Source: Desulfosudaceae bacterium (GTDB lineage: Bacteria > Desulfobacterota > Desulfobacteria > Desulfobacterales > Desulfosudaceae). From it: a DNA stretch of 64,000 bases. Position 1 is the stretch's first letter; each line of letters begins with the position of its first letter. The position numbers were made by a program, and so were the translations under genes. The stretch lies in the NCBI GenBank assembly GCA_963674745.2, contig CAXXDV010000001.1:2144001-2208000 (forward strand), written 5' to 3'. The notes beneath the pieces were generated by a model, which was not told where the DNA came from, did not search any database, and worked only from the letters and a program-made list of their open reading frames with translations. Below, piece after piece: positions 34,647 through 45,206 of this stretch.

Positions 34647-35057
34647 GTTCTTTTTTACACCAATCTTGGTCCTAAACCATGTCTTTTTTCAAGTGGATAA
34701 CACCACCGGCAACCAACGGCGGCAGCCACAGGGATGCCAGGGCTTTCATTGACTTTTCTTAAAGATGTTTAATATTCATTCCCCCCGAATGTTCAAAAGC
34801 CGAGTGCCCTGGGGCTCCTCTTGCGCTGCCTGGTTAAGTGCCCGGAACTATTTTTTCCAAGGATGTTTGGGTTTATAATAAATGACATTTGACATCTTTA
34901 CGATCTCGATTGGCACTTAACAATTTATTATACCGATTTATTGAAAATTTTCAAAAGAAAAGAAAAACGGCATTAATCACCAGAGGTTGAAAAAAGTATA
35001 TCCATTAGATATAGTCTGATAAACTTGAAACGATCGGTAATAATCAGGAAAAGTACG

Positions 35058-35951
35058 ATGAAAAACAGGAAAAAGAAACCGGCTGCCACCGGTAAAAGCA
35101 GGCTTTGTCCCTGCGGTAGCGGTCTTAAGTACGCGAAATGCTGTCTTCTTTCCGATGAGGGACAGGCGCGGCTGGAACAGTTATATTATGAACGGTTTAA
35201 GATCAGGGTTAAAAATAAAGACGAAATTGAAGGTATTCGCAGCGCCGGCCGCCTTGCCATCGCGACCCTTGACATGGTGGAAGAAGCCTTAAAACCCGGC
35301 ATGACCACTGATGAAATCAACACCCTGGTTCATGACTTTACGATAAAACACAAGGCCGTTCCCGCGCCGTTGAATTACCGCGGGTTCCCCAAGAGTGTCT
35401 GCGTATCGGTCAATGAGGTGATCTGTCACGGCATACCGGGAGATCGCGTCATACAGGAGGGTGATATCGTTAACGTGGACGTAACGCCCATTTTGAACGG
35501 GTATTATGCCGATGTGAACAAAACGTTTTTTGTCGGTACCCCGGGAAAAGACGCGGTCAAGATTGTCAATGTCACCGGCGGCTGTTTAAAGCGTGCCCTG
35601 GCCATGGTTGCGCCCGGACAGACCATTGGTGATATCGGCTGGGCCATACAGAACCACGTCGAACAGCGGGGCTGTTCGGTGGTCAGGGAGTTTGTCGGAC
35701 ACGGTGTGGGGATTGATTTTCACGAGCCGCCCCAGGTGCCTCATTACGGAAGAAAAGGTGAGGGCGTCATGCTGATACCCGGTATGGTCTTCACCATCGA
35801 GCCCATGATCAATCTTGGTAAGAAAGAAATAAAGATTCTGGCCGACAACTGGACCGCCGTCACCCGGGACGGTTCCTTGTCCGCCCAGTTTGAGCAGACC
35901 ATTGTCGTCACCGCTGACGGATATGAAAGCCTGACCCCTTTTGATTTATAG
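35058..35951 (+). CDS. map: Methionine aminopeptidase type I with N-terminal SEC-C motif
   Basis: CPCGSGLKYAKCC; SVNEVICHGIP, GHGVG..FHEPP, FTIEPMIN, SAQFE. Confidence 0.93.
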   Translation: MKNRKKKPAATGKSRLCPCGSGLKYAKCCLLSDEGQARLEQLYYERFKIRVKNKDEIEGIRSAGRLAIATLDMVEEALKPGMTTDEINTLVHDFTIKHKAVPAPLNYRGFPKSVCVSVNEVICHGIPGDRVIQEGDIVNVDVTPILNGYYADVNKTFFVGTPGKDAVKIVNVTGGCLKRALAMVAPGQTIGDIGWAIQNHVEQRGCSVVREFVGHGVGIDFHEPPQVPHYGRKGEGVMLIPGMVFTIEPMINLGKKEIKILADNWTAVTRDGSLSAQFEQTIVVTADGYESLTPFDL

Positions 35952-35980
35952 TGTGAACGATCCGGTCGGGATAGCCCGGC

Positions 35981-36505
35981 TTATCCCATGTAGTGGTCCT
36001 GGAAATTCGGTTTGTTCTTGTTCGTTTTCAGCACGCCCCGGGCATTGCAGCTCGGACAACGGATTTCAGACGGCATGTCGGTCATATCGATTTCAATGGG
36101 TGTGGCACATTTGGAACAGTTGATGGTCATGGTTTTTTTCTTGGCCCCGTTGGCCGGCTTTTTATCCTCGTTTTTTTCGGCACCGTCGTCAAACTCGACA
36201 TCAGGGGTTTGGTTCCCCTGATTTTCGATATAGGCCAGCAAGGCCTTGCGGACGCATTTGTTGTCATCTTCGCCGCCGCTGATAAGCGTTAATTGTTCAT
36301 ACTGATCCTTGGTAAGGACAACTCTGGTGTCCAGCACATGGGACGTTTCCAGGGCGGTATTCAATTCTTCCAGCAGCGCGGCCTGTTTGGAAAATTTCAT
36401 ATCGCCGCTGTTTATTTTTTCCTGTATGCTCTGCTTCAGGTCGTCCGCGGAATACCATTCGCCCTCATGCTGGATTTTTCCATTATCAAGATCTATATGG
36501 TCCAT
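35981..36505 (-). CDS. Hypothetical protein with C-terminal Zn ribbon
   Basis: CSKC...CPSC; SD GGAGG before ATG 36505. Confidence 0.7.
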   Translation of the reverse strand: MDHIDLDNGKIQHEGEWYSADDLKQSIQEKINSGDMKFSKQAALLEELNTALETSHVLDTRVVLTKDQYEQLTLISGGEDDNKCVRKALLAYIENQGNQTPDVEFDDGAEKNEDKKPANGAKKKTMTINCSKCATPIEIDMTDMPSEIRCPSCNARGVLKTNKNKPNFQDHYMG

Positions 36506-36852
36506 TTTCCCCTCCAAAATATGATGGCTTCCTGAACCATCCAATATCTTCGCTGCGGTTCATCCCCGGGATTTTCTGTTCCGCCAGAATCCCTGACTTT
36601 TTCGGGGTTTGCAAGGCGCTGATGTTGGACTATTTTTCCGCCACCCAACTTTGACTTTTTACGAGCCTGTCAAATACCGTTATGGAAATATAACATATTA
36701 TATAAACAGATATTTTATGGATGTCAAAGAAAAGATGCATCTTTTCAGGGGATTTGAGCCGGTATATGGGTTTGCCACGACCCCCTGCTTCTGGTATAAC
36801 CTTAAATTCGGATATTATATGGAATTATTATATATAAATACAGAAGAGGCAG

Positions 36853-37872
36853 ATGATGACATATAAACTGGCCATTAATGGATATGGCCGTATCGGGCGG
36901 TGTGTCCTCAGGGCGCTTTATGAATCGGAACGGTTTTCAGAGTTCGAAATCGTCGGTATTAATGAAATTTCCAATATCGAATCCATTGCCCACCTGACGC
37001 GGTTCGATTCCACCCATGGCCGTTTTGACGGCGAGGTGTCTTTTAAGAAAGATACCCTTTTTGTGAACGGCCGTTCCATTGCCGTGTCTTTTGAGAACGA
37101 GCTTAACAGGTTGCCCTGGGGGGATCTCGGTGTGGACGTGGTTATGGAGTGCTCGGGCACGTTCACCCGGCGGGATATTGCCGAAGGACATATTAAAAGC
37201 GGTGCCGGCAAGGTGATTTTCGCCTGTCCGGCGGAGCCGGGTGTGGATGCCACCATTGTTTACGGGATCAATGAGCAGACCCTTAAAAAAAACCATACCA
37301 TTATTTCCAACGCTTCCTGCACCTCCAACTGTATCATACCGGTGATCGACGTGCTGGACCGGCACCTGGACATCAAGCAGGGCATGATCACCACCATTCA
37401 TTCCATGATGAACGATCAGCCGGTGATCGACGCCTATCACAACCGGGACCTGCGCAAGTCGAGGAGTTCCAGCCAGTCGGTGATCCCGGTCAACACCGAG
37501 CTGCCCAGCGGCGTCGACCGCCTGTTGCCCCACCTGGCCGAACGGTTTGAAGCCGTTGCTCTGCGGGTGCCGACGATCAATGTTTCGGCCATGCAGCTGA
37601 CCGCCCAGGTCAACAGCAAAACAGAGGTCCGGGAGGTGAACCGGGTCATGAAATCGGCTGCCGAAGGCCGCCTGGCCGGGATTCTGGGATATACCGAGAT
37701 GCCCCTGGTGTCGTGTGATTTTATTCATGATCCGCGATCGGCAATTGTTGACGGTACCCAGACCCGGGTCATCGGCCGCACGGGTGTCAGCGTACTGGCC
37801 TGGTTCGACAATGAATGGGGATATGCCAACCGCATGCTGGATACGGCCCGGGCGTTGATGACGGCAAAGTAG
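36853..37872 (+). CDS. epd: GAPDH-family enzyme, erythrose-4-phosphate dehydrogenase type
   Basis: INGYGRIGR, SNASCTSNC, TIHSMMNDQPVIDAYH (Epd-type signature), WFDNEWGY. Confidence 0.8.
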   Translation: MMTYKLAINGYGRIGRCVLRALYESERFSEFEIVGINEISNIESIAHLTRFDSTHGRFDGEVSFKKDTLFVNGRSIAVSFENELNRLPWGDLGVDVVMECSGTFTRRDIAEGHIKSGAGKVIFACPAEPGVDATIVYGINEQTLKKNHTIISNASCTSNCIIPVIDVLDRHLDIKQGMITTIHSMMNDQPVIDAYHNRDLRKSRSSSQSVIPVNTELPSGVDRLLPHLAERFEAVALRVPTINVSAMQLTAQVNSKTEVREVNRVMKSAAEGRLAGILGYTEMPLVSCDFIHDPRSAIVDGTQTRVIGRTGVSVLAWFDNEWGYANRMLDTARALMTAK

Positions 37873-37987
37873 GTTCAAGGTTTGAGGTCAAGGATCTGGA
37901 GCGTTGACCACTCAAAGACAGACACACCGGAAATTAAATCTAATCATCCAAACTTAAAACATGAACCCGAATCCTGAACCCCGAACC
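37872..37987. repeat. Inverted degenerate 7-bp repeat tracts
   Basis: GGTTCAA GGTTTGA GGTCAA versus AACTTAA AACATGA ACCCGAA TCCTGAA CCCCGAA. Confidence 0.55.
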
Positions 37988-38130
37988 GCCTAATGTCCTT
38001 TGTCTTGGTGGTTGACGGAATGGCTTGTATTTACTATAAATAGTAAATTGCTGATTTTGATTGATTCCTGTCATTGCTTCACAAACGGGGGGACGAAGCG
38101 ACTGTTCTGACAAACATTCAGGGGGAAGGT

Positions 38131-41100
38131 ATGTCTGTATTCTGGTTTATTCTGCTGGTGCTGATCATTAGCCTGTTTTTTAAAACAGAAAAGATTAAAC
38201 AGCAGTTCCTGGCCAAATTGGAATCGATGGAACAATCGATTCAACAACTTCAAACCCGTCTCAAGGTGATGGAAAAAGAACCGTCACCTGAAGATGAAAA
38301 AAGGGCCGCGTCCGAAACGGAGCCGGCACCCCCTGAAACTGAAGAAACCGCCGAGGTCGTGTTTGATCTGGAATTGCGGGAAGAAGAGCCCGTCCCCGGG
38401 TCGGGCTTTGGGACCGGACCGGAAAAATCCAGGCATTCTGTCAGCCCGCCGCCGGTTCCATCCCGGCCGATCCAGCCTCGGGAACCGGCAACGCCCGAAC
38501 CGGTAGCAATTGCTTCTGAAGCGGCAGCCGACCAAAAAGTCGCAGACCGGCCCGGGCTGGCCGAAAAGTGGAAGACGGTAAAAGACAACGTCGACTGGGA
38601 AATGTTCACCGGCACCAAGCTGTTTGCCTGGCTTGCAGGCGTGGCCGCGTTTATTGCCGCCGGTTTTGGTGTAAAATATTCAATTGACAGGAATCTGGTT
38701 CCGCCCATCGTGCGGTTGGTTATTGCGGCTGTGGCGGGTATGGGGCTTATTGGCGCTTCGTTCAGGTTCAACCGCGATCGTTTTGACGTGTTGCGTCATT
38801 CCCTGGGCGCAGGCGGCATCGGTGTGTTGTACAGCGTCATTTTTGCCGCGACGCTCTATTACCATTATATCCCCAAAACAATGGGGTTCTTCTGCCTGAC
38901 GGTGATCTCAGCAGCGGCGTTTGTTCTGGCCGTTCATCACCGGGGCATCACCATTTCCGTTCTCGGCGCGATCGGCGCGTATATTACACCGGTTCTGGTC
39001 AATACAGGCTCCGGGAATCTGGCCATGCTGTTTGTATACCTGGCCATCGTCAATATCGGACTCTTCCAGGTCATCGTCCGGCTCAAGTCCCCGCTTCTGC
39101 TCCTGGTCGCCACGGCCGGCACATTGATCCCCCTTTACCTTGGCTCGCTTTTCGGCGGCACGGTGCCCTCAACCGGTCTGATGGCCGGCGTGTGGATTGC
39201 CGATATGGCTTTATTCAGTATCTTTTTTATACGGATCAGTCAAACCCCGAAAGACAGCAGGTTTCTGCTATGGTCCGGGATAATACTGTATGGCGCTGTC
39301 CTGGTGATGTCGCTGATCACTACACTGGGCCGGCCGGGGAGTGCGCCAATGCTCATGCTGACGGCGGCCGTTGCCGGCGCGGTCGGCCTGTCTTTGAACA
39401 AGGCGGGCTGGAGCAACCTGGTGATCCCTTACGCCGTATGCACGTTTATCGCTGCTTTTCTGTGGACATGGTTGCGGTTCAGGCCGGACAGCGACCCCTG
39501 GTATTTTTTCCTGTTTTTTCTCTACGGTGTTGCCGGAGGCCTGGGGCCGGTCCTGCTGATCAGAAAACACGGGGTAAAATCATCCTTTGTTAACTGGTTC
39601 AAGCTTTTTCCTTTGGCCATTGCCGGTTTGAGCCTGGTGATCCTGTTTAAAAACCCCCAGATATCATTTTGGTTCTGGCCGATGATCATCTGTCTGCAGG
39701 TTCTCGGTATTATTGCCAGCCTTCTGGCCGGCGCGGTCGTTCAAATTGCCGTACTTTCGGTGTTTCTCATTGTCAGCGGTCTGGCCTGGCTTCAGAAAAT
39801 GCCGACCGGCTTTGTCGGGCTCGGATTTTACGGCTTTATTCTGACGGCCGGCGCGGTACTCTGTGTCACCACCTTTCTGGTGATGCTTAAATTGCCCGAA
39901 TGGACCCGCTATCTGCGTTTGGGCCAGGAAGAGCAGGTCGGAGACAAGGCTGCTGCCACAGGCCTGACCGAATGGATGGCGGCCACCCCGGTCATCGGCG
40001 GATTTGTCCTGCTAACGGCTGCCTTTATCGCCCAGCGACCGTTGGCTCCGCATCCCGGCATGGCCACGCTGGTCTGTTTTCTCGTCCTGGCCCTGGCCAT
40101 TTGCCGGCGGATTGCTTTTCAGCCCATCGGAATGGTGGCCCTCGTTTCCGCCATTGTCGCCCAGGCCGCCTGGATGATCCATCCCGGCAATACCATTGGG
40201 CTGCATTTTTCAACCCTGGCCTGGGCCGGCGCCTTGTTCCTCAGCGCGCTGATTCTCCCTTTCCTGGTTTATGCTTCCCCGGAAAAGTGGAAAAACATAT
40301 GGATGACCGGGGCTTTTTTTGAAGTCTGTCAGGCCCTGTTCATTATCTGGGGAGCGGATCATCTCTGGGAGCGCGAGTTTTCCGGCTGGCTGCCCTTGTT
40401 CCTGGCGGTCTTAAAGCTCCCGGTCGTGGCGATACTGCTGAAACGGCTGCAAGGAAAGGCCGAACGCAACGCGATTCTGGCCTGGCATGGCGGGGTACTG
40501 CTTTTTTACGTGTCGGCCGTGCCGATCATGCTGCTTGATCAGGGCTGGATCGGACTGACGCTGGTGTTTGAAGCCTCGGCCCTGCTCTGGCTGAACCGGC
40601 GAATAGAGCATCCGGGCCTGCGCCGGGTCGCCATGGCCATGGCGCCGGTGGGGCTGTTCCTTTTATTGACCTATCTACCGCGCATGAAAGGGCCGGACAG
40701 CCTGATGATTTTAAACGCCCCTGTCCTGGCCACGGCCGCCTGCGTCGTTGCCCTGGCATTTGCCGTCAGGCTGTCTTCTTTTCCAGACCGGCTGCTGGGA
40801 AAGGTGGATCTGCCGGGATACTTTTTGTGGCTGAGTGTGGGCACGGGATTTTACCTGGCCAATCTCCTGGTGGCTGATATTTTCGGCGGGCCGCAAACCG
40901 GTTATGACCTGATACCGAAATGTTATTTCAAGGCCAGCCTGGTGCGGTCAATCTGCAGCAGCCTGATGTGGGCGGGATTCGGTGCTGTTTTGTGGCGTGT
41001 TAAAGGGGTCCCGGCCAAAATGCGCTGGGCGGGAATGATTATCCTGTGTCTGGGCACGGGATGGCTGCTGTCATTCCCTTTATTCCAGGCCCGGGCCGTC

Positions 41101-41994
41101 GCTTCCATGCGGCCCCTGTTCAACCTCGGGCTGCTGGCTTATCTGCCTTTGATGGCGGTCCTGTTTTATCTGTATTTAAGGGAACAAGCGGACAAGCCGC
41201 CGCTGAATATGAAAAACCTGTTTCTGGCCCTGTTTCTGATCGCCGGATTCATGCTCCTGTCCATGGAAAAAAGCACCCTGCTTCAGCCCGGCAATTCGTT
41301 TTCGATCGTTTTTCACCGGACCTTCTCGATGGCGGTGAGTTCAGCGGCGGGATGGATATTATACGGCCTTGGTATGCTGATATGGCCCCGTCGGCTGGAC
41401 AAACCGTTTCGATTGGCCGGACTGATTCTGATCATGCTGGGGCTGGCCAAGTCGGTCATCCTGCCCTTTCAATTCAGATCCGTTTTCGGCGCCCTGACGC
41501 CGATCCTTAACTGGCCGACGTTTCTGTATGCCGGTTGCCTGGGAATGATCGTGTTTCTGATCCGCCGCAAAGATGATGAAAACTGGCCGGTGGCCGCTGT
41601 CTCTTCACGCCTCTGGTGGATGATCGTTTTACTGGTGATGGCGTTTTATGTGTTGAATGTTGAAATTGCCAGCGCCTTTGGCATCAGCGGCCGTTCGTTC
41701 AGTCTGAGGACCCACGGCAGTTTTGCGCATCAATTGGGTTACAGCCTGGGTTGGCTGTTTTTTTCAGTCGGTATGCTGGTCTCCGGCATCAAATGGCAGG
41801 TGGTGAAACTGCGCTGGGCGGCGCTGATCCTTCTGGTATTAACGACATTGAAAATTTTTTTCAAAGATCTCTGGTCGCTGGGTCAGGGATACCGTGTGGC
41901 CGCTTTCGTCGGGCTGGCGGTGGTCTTATATCTGGTTTCGTTTCTTTATCAACGCTATTTATCCGATGGGAGCAAAAATGCCGAAAAAACGTGA
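38131..41994 (+). CDS. Large polytopic membrane protein (DUF2339-like)
   Basis: Coiled coil and Pro-rich linker, WEMFTGTKLFAWLAG, many TMs, C-terminal KIFFKDL..L..GYRVAAFVGL. Confidence 0.8.
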   Translation: MSVFWFILLVLIISLFFKTEKIKQQFLAKLESMEQSIQQLQTRLKVMEKEPSPEDEKRAASETEPAPPETEETAEVVFDLELREEEPVPGSGFGTGPEKSRHSVSPPPVPSRPIQPREPATPEPVAIASEAAADQKVADRPGLAEKWKTVKDNVDWEMFTGTKLFAWLAGVAAFIAAGFGVKYSIDRNLVPPIVRLVIAAVAGMGLIGASFRFNRDRFDVLRHSLGAGGIGVLYSVIFAATLYYHYIPKTMGFFCLTVISAAAFVLAVHHRGITISVLGAIGAYITPVLVNTGSGNLAMLFVYLAIVNIGLFQVIVRLKSPLLLLVATAGTLIPLYLGSLFGGTVPSTGLMAGVWIADMALFSIFFIRISQTPKDSRFLLWSGIILYGAVLVMSLITTLGRPGSAPMLMLTAAVAGAVGLSLNKAGWSNLVIPYAVCTFIAAFLWTWLRFRPDSDPWYFFLFFLYGVAGGLGPVLLIRKHGVKSSFVNWFKLFPLAIAGLSLVILFKNPQISFWFWPMIICLQVLGIIASLLAGAVVQIAVLSVFLIVSGLAWLQKMPTGFVGLGFYGFILTAGAVLCVTTFLVMLKLPEWTRYLRLGQEEQVGDKAAATGLTEWMAATPVIGGFVLLTAAFIAQRPLAPHPGMATLVCFLVLALAICRRIAFQPIGMVALVSAIVAQAAWMIHPGNTIGLHFSTLAWAGALFLSALILPFLVYASPEKWKNIWMTGAFFEVCQALFIIWGADHLWEREFSGWLPLFLAVLKLPVVAILLKRLQGKAERNAILAWHGGVLLFYVSAVPIMLLDQGWIGLTLVFEASALLWLNRRIEHPGLRRVAMAMAPVGLFLLLTYLPRMKGPDSLMILNAPVLATAACVVALAFAVRLSSFPDRLLGKVDLPGYFLWLSVGTGFYLANLLVADIFGGPQTGYDLIPKCYFKASLVRSICSSLMWAGFGAVLWRVKGVPAKMRWAGMIILCLGTGWLLSFPLFQARAVASMRPLFNLGLLAYLPLMAVLFYLYLREQADKPPLNMKNLFLALFLIAGFMLLSMEKSTLLQPGNSFSIVFHRTFSMAVSSAAGWILYGLGMLIWPRRLDKPFRLAGLILIMLGLAKSVILPFQFRSVFGALTPILNWPTFLYAGCLGMIVFLIRRKDDENWPVAAVSSRLWWMIVLLVMAFYVLNVEIASAFGISGRSFSLRTHGSFAHQLGYSLGWLFFSVGMLVSGIKWQVVKLRWAALILLVLTTLKIFFKDLWSLGQGYRVAAFVGLAVVLYLVSFLYQRYLSDGSKNAEKT

Positions 41995-44797
41995 TCTGTT
42001 TTTATGGTGTCTGATTCTTTCGCTGAGTGCGATTACCGATGGCCGGGCGGATAGCCGATATGCCCTCACGCCGGCAAACGGCCCGGCGATAAGCAAACCA
42101 GGATCCATTGAAAACCCGGCGATCGTTTACGTTGAATCGTCACCGGTTTTTATATCTGTTGTCGAACCGGCCGTGAGCGTGGCGGAGACCAGTCAATATA
42201 AACCGGTAAACAGGTGGCAGGCCCAGGCCCGGGTCGACGTTCCTTCTCCAGGCCTGGTTGAGTCCACCCTGATACCGGAACTGCATCAGGTGCGGGCGGT
42301 AAAAGGCGGCCGGGAGGGTAATCAGCTGGACCTCTGCCTTCTGGGTCCGGATGGCAAGCCCCGGGGATTTGAGCTGTTCTGGCGGGAGAAGGGGCGGCAG
42401 GAAACGGTTGCTCTTAAACAGGCAAAGGTCGAACTGCTGGACGGCCGGCGCTTGCTCTGGGAGGGCGTTGTGCCGGATCAGTACATGGTAAATAAAATCA
42501 TTATCGATATTGCCGACAGTAATTATGTGGGCAAAGTGGATGTTGAGGCGCTGAATGATTCCGGATGGATCTTTCTGGTGAAGAATGCCGCTCTCTATAA
42601 AAACAACCGGTTAAACCAGGCTGAAATATCAATATTAGATGGTCCGTATCAACGGTTCAGATTATACTTCAGCGGATATGATGAAAAGTTTCGTGACAGG
42701 CCGCTTTTTGTCAGTCGCGTTCAAGCGGTCGGCACACGTTCCGGAAGAGATTACGAAAACACATCCTTTCAGTCTGAATTTGAAGAGATTACGGAAGACC
42801 GGGCAACCGTCGTCCGTGTACGGCTTCCGGGTTCAGGTATATGGATAAATGATATAAAGATAGCGACCGACGCCCTTTTCCAGGGGGAATGGCAGCTGGG
42901 ACGTGAAACCAATGTGCTCGGCAAACGGGAATTTTCAGTTATTTCAAGCGGTCGTGTCAGCCATGTCGGCGAAAACCAACAGACGCTTATGCTTGATGTC
43001 AACCAGCGGTGGCCGGATCAGATTCTGACGATCAGGATGGCTGCCAGAGATTATTTCGGCCGGATTCGGTCCGTGGACATTCGGGCCAGAATACCACGGA
43101 TGACCTTTTTTGCCGATTCAGCCGGACGCTATACCGTTCGCTCCGGCTGTGGAAACGCAAAGCCCGTTCTCGATATGGCCGGAGACCGCGGCCGCAGGAT
43201 CGATCACCAGCTTGTGCTTACGGGCATCACCCGAAATCTCAAGCGCATACACGACAACCTGGCGGAGAAATATCGCATCACCGGAGGGCCTTTTCATCAG
43301 GACGGTTATGCCTGGAAAGCGGATGTCCGGGTCGATGAGCCGGGGTTCTACCAGGTGGTTCTAAATAAACGCGTTTGTCTTGAAGAAAAATTATCCGCCC
43401 TGAGACTGGTCAGGGACAACAATCAGGTCCCCTATTTTCTGGGGTTCGAGGAAGAACGATATGTGCGGCTTGAAGCGTCGGAAGAATATGACGCCAATCA
43501 GAATCGCACTGTTTATACGGTCAGGCTTCCCTTTGCCTCATCACACTGGGCTGCCATTAAGCTGAGTGCCGAAGGCCTTTTTGAACGGACGCTTGTTTTT
43601 CAGAAGCATGTCCCGGGAATGATCGGATGGCAGCCATGGAAGACCCGGCGCTGGGTCGGCCGGCAGGGGCGAAAAACCGATTTCATTCTGGGGCTGAATG
43701 ATTTCCCCCGGGATCAGGATGAGGTCCGGCTGATTGTTGACCACGGGGACGATCAGCCTCTGGACATCCAATCCGTTTCGGCGGGCTACAGCGCCCGGGA
43801 TCTTTTTTTTCTGGCTTCGACACCGGGTACCTATACCTTGTTCGGTGGGAATCCGGACGCGTCGGCGGTCTCTTACAAAGATTTTGAAATGATAAAAGAT
43901 GAACTGCTGGCCGCAGTTCCGAGACAGGTCAAAATGGGGGATGTCGAATCCGTACAGACCGCCGGAGAAGAAAACCCGTCGGGAAAAGATATGGGCGGAC
44001 CTTTTGATGATAGCGGGTATACCTGGGCCTCATCTCTTGGAGAGATCACAAAGTCCGGTTTTTATCAGTTGCGGCTTAACCAGCAGGCGTCCCTTGAAAA
44101 TAACCGTCATGGTTTAAGGCTGGTCAGAGATAATCAGCAGGTGCCCTATTTTCTGGGAGGGCTCCAGCAGAGAGGGGTGGCACTGTCCGTTGAGAAAGAA
44201 TATGAACGCGACAGGAACGAAACGACCTGGACGGTCAAACTGCCTCGAGCTTCCGCTCATTGGCACAAGCTTCGCATGACCGCGGAAGGCGTGTTCAGCC
44301 GGGATCTTGTGCTTGAGGTCCGGAAGCCCGGGAATACCGGCTGGCAGGTGTGGAAAAGAGTTGAATGGACAAACCGGCATGCGGGTGAAACGGTTCTGGA
44401 AACCCCGTTAGCGGCATTTCCAAAGGGACAGACGGAAATCCGCCTGGTCATGCGGCATGGTGACAACAAGCCGATTGACGTTAAGAAGGTAGAGGCGGTT
44501 TACACCACCCGGGACATGTTTTTTATTGCCGGTCAGGGTGACGGTTACCGGCTGGTCGGTGGCAATCCTGCGGCTTCGGCACCTTCCTATGACCTGGCGC
44601 TGATCAGGGACCATGTTCTGAAAAAAGAACCGATAAAGATCTCCATGGATGAAATGGAGACGTTAAAGCCGGCAGCATGGAAAACAAAAATCAGCCACAC
44701 CTTCAGTGAGCAGGGATGGGGCCTTTATGCGGTTCTGGGGCTGGTGACCTTGATCCTGCTGATTGTCATCGTGCGGCTGTTTCCCAAGGAGGACTAA
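41978..44797 (+). CDS. Secreted, C-terminally anchored protein with internal repeats (DUF3999-like)
   Basis: Signal peptide; repeated GGPF..GY.W...GFYQ..LN...LRLVRDN.QVPYFLG and Y.L.GGNP.A.A.SY units; C-terminal TM; overlaps DUF2339 gene. Confidence 0.65.
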   Translation: MPKKRDLFLWCLILSLSAITDGRADSRYALTPANGPAISKPGSIENPAIVYVESSPVFISVVEPAVSVAETSQYKPVNRWQAQARVDVPSPGLVESTLIPELHQVRAVKGGREGNQLDLCLLGPDGKPRGFELFWREKGRQETVALKQAKVELLDGRRLLWEGVVPDQYMVNKIIIDIADSNYVGKVDVEALNDSGWIFLVKNAALYKNNRLNQAEISILDGPYQRFRLYFSGYDEKFRDRPLFVSRVQAVGTRSGRDYENTSFQSEFEEITEDRATVVRVRLPGSGIWINDIKIATDALFQGEWQLGRETNVLGKREFSVISSGRVSHVGENQQTLMLDVNQRWPDQILTIRMAARDYFGRIRSVDIRARIPRMTFFADSAGRYTVRSGCGNAKPVLDMAGDRGRRIDHQLVLTGITRNLKRIHDNLAEKYRITGGPFHQDGYAWKADVRVDEPGFYQVVLNKRVCLEEKLSALRLVRDNNQVPYFLGFEEERYVRLEASEEYDANQNRTVYTVRLPFASSHWAAIKLSAEGLFERTLVFQKHVPGMIGWQPWKTRRWVGRQGRKTDFILGLNDFPRDQDEVRLIVDHGDDQPLDIQSVSAGYSARDLFFLASTPGTYTLFGGNPDASAVSYKDFEMIKDELLAAVPRQVKMGDVESVQTAGEENPSGKDMGGPFDDSGYTWASSLGEITKSGFYQLRLNQQASLENNRHGLRLVRDNQQVPYFLGGLQQRGVALSVEKEYERDRNETTWTVKLPRASAHWHKLRMTAEGVFSRDLVLEVRKPGNTGWQVWKRVEWTNRHAGETVLETPLAAFPKGQTEIRLVMRHGDNKPIDVKKVEAVYTTRDMFFIAGQGDGYRLVGGNPAASAPSYDLALIRDHVLKKEPIKISMDEMETLKPAAWKTKISHTFSEQGWGLYAVLGLVTLILLIVIVRLFPKED

Positions 44798-44959
44798 AGA
44801 CGCGCAGACGGACGGTCTCCAGTCCAATGCCACTCACGCTGGATCCGCCGTGATTTCCGGATTTCCGGGGACATCCATGATAAGTAAAGTCAAGGGAAAA
44901 AAAGAGTTTTCCCATCCGCCAAAGAATACCCCCTGGTGGTTATGTTCCCGGTTCTCCGC

Positions 44960-45180
44960 GTAAGCTCTTTTTAATCTGTGTCTATTCGATCGACGGTCTG
45001 CCGCGACCAGACATCCATTTGCTGTATCAGCCGCTTTATCCTTAATAAATAAAGCGGCGTCACAGAAGATTGAGTTTGGGTTAAAACCCGCCGGCCTCGA
45101 AACAGTATAAAAGATTGTATCTCGATCGGCTGTTCGATCACACAGTCCCCAAAACGCGAGGCCCGGCGGGAAAGCAACAG
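44960..45180 (-). ncRNA. Putative bridge RNA / seekRNA of the IS110 element (ends approximate)
   Basis: Stem 45087-45099/45157-45170 enclosing loops matching the target; hairpin 45030-39/45049-58 next to ACATCCAT (45011-18), which matches the element end. Confidence 0.75.
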
Positions 45181-45206
45181 ACGGATAAACCGTTATTTTA
45201 TAAAAT

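Noticed and set aside
34647..34760. PreQ1 riboswitch upstream of queF
   Set aside because: Only a weak TGGT/ACCA hairpin and an A-run; the consensus loop and tail are not recognisable
34780..34870. Riboswitch or sRNA between queF and map (GCCGAGTGCCCTGGGGC resembles the ZTP 3' hairpin)
   Set aside because: The required 5' half of the motif is not found; cannot be supported without a covariance search
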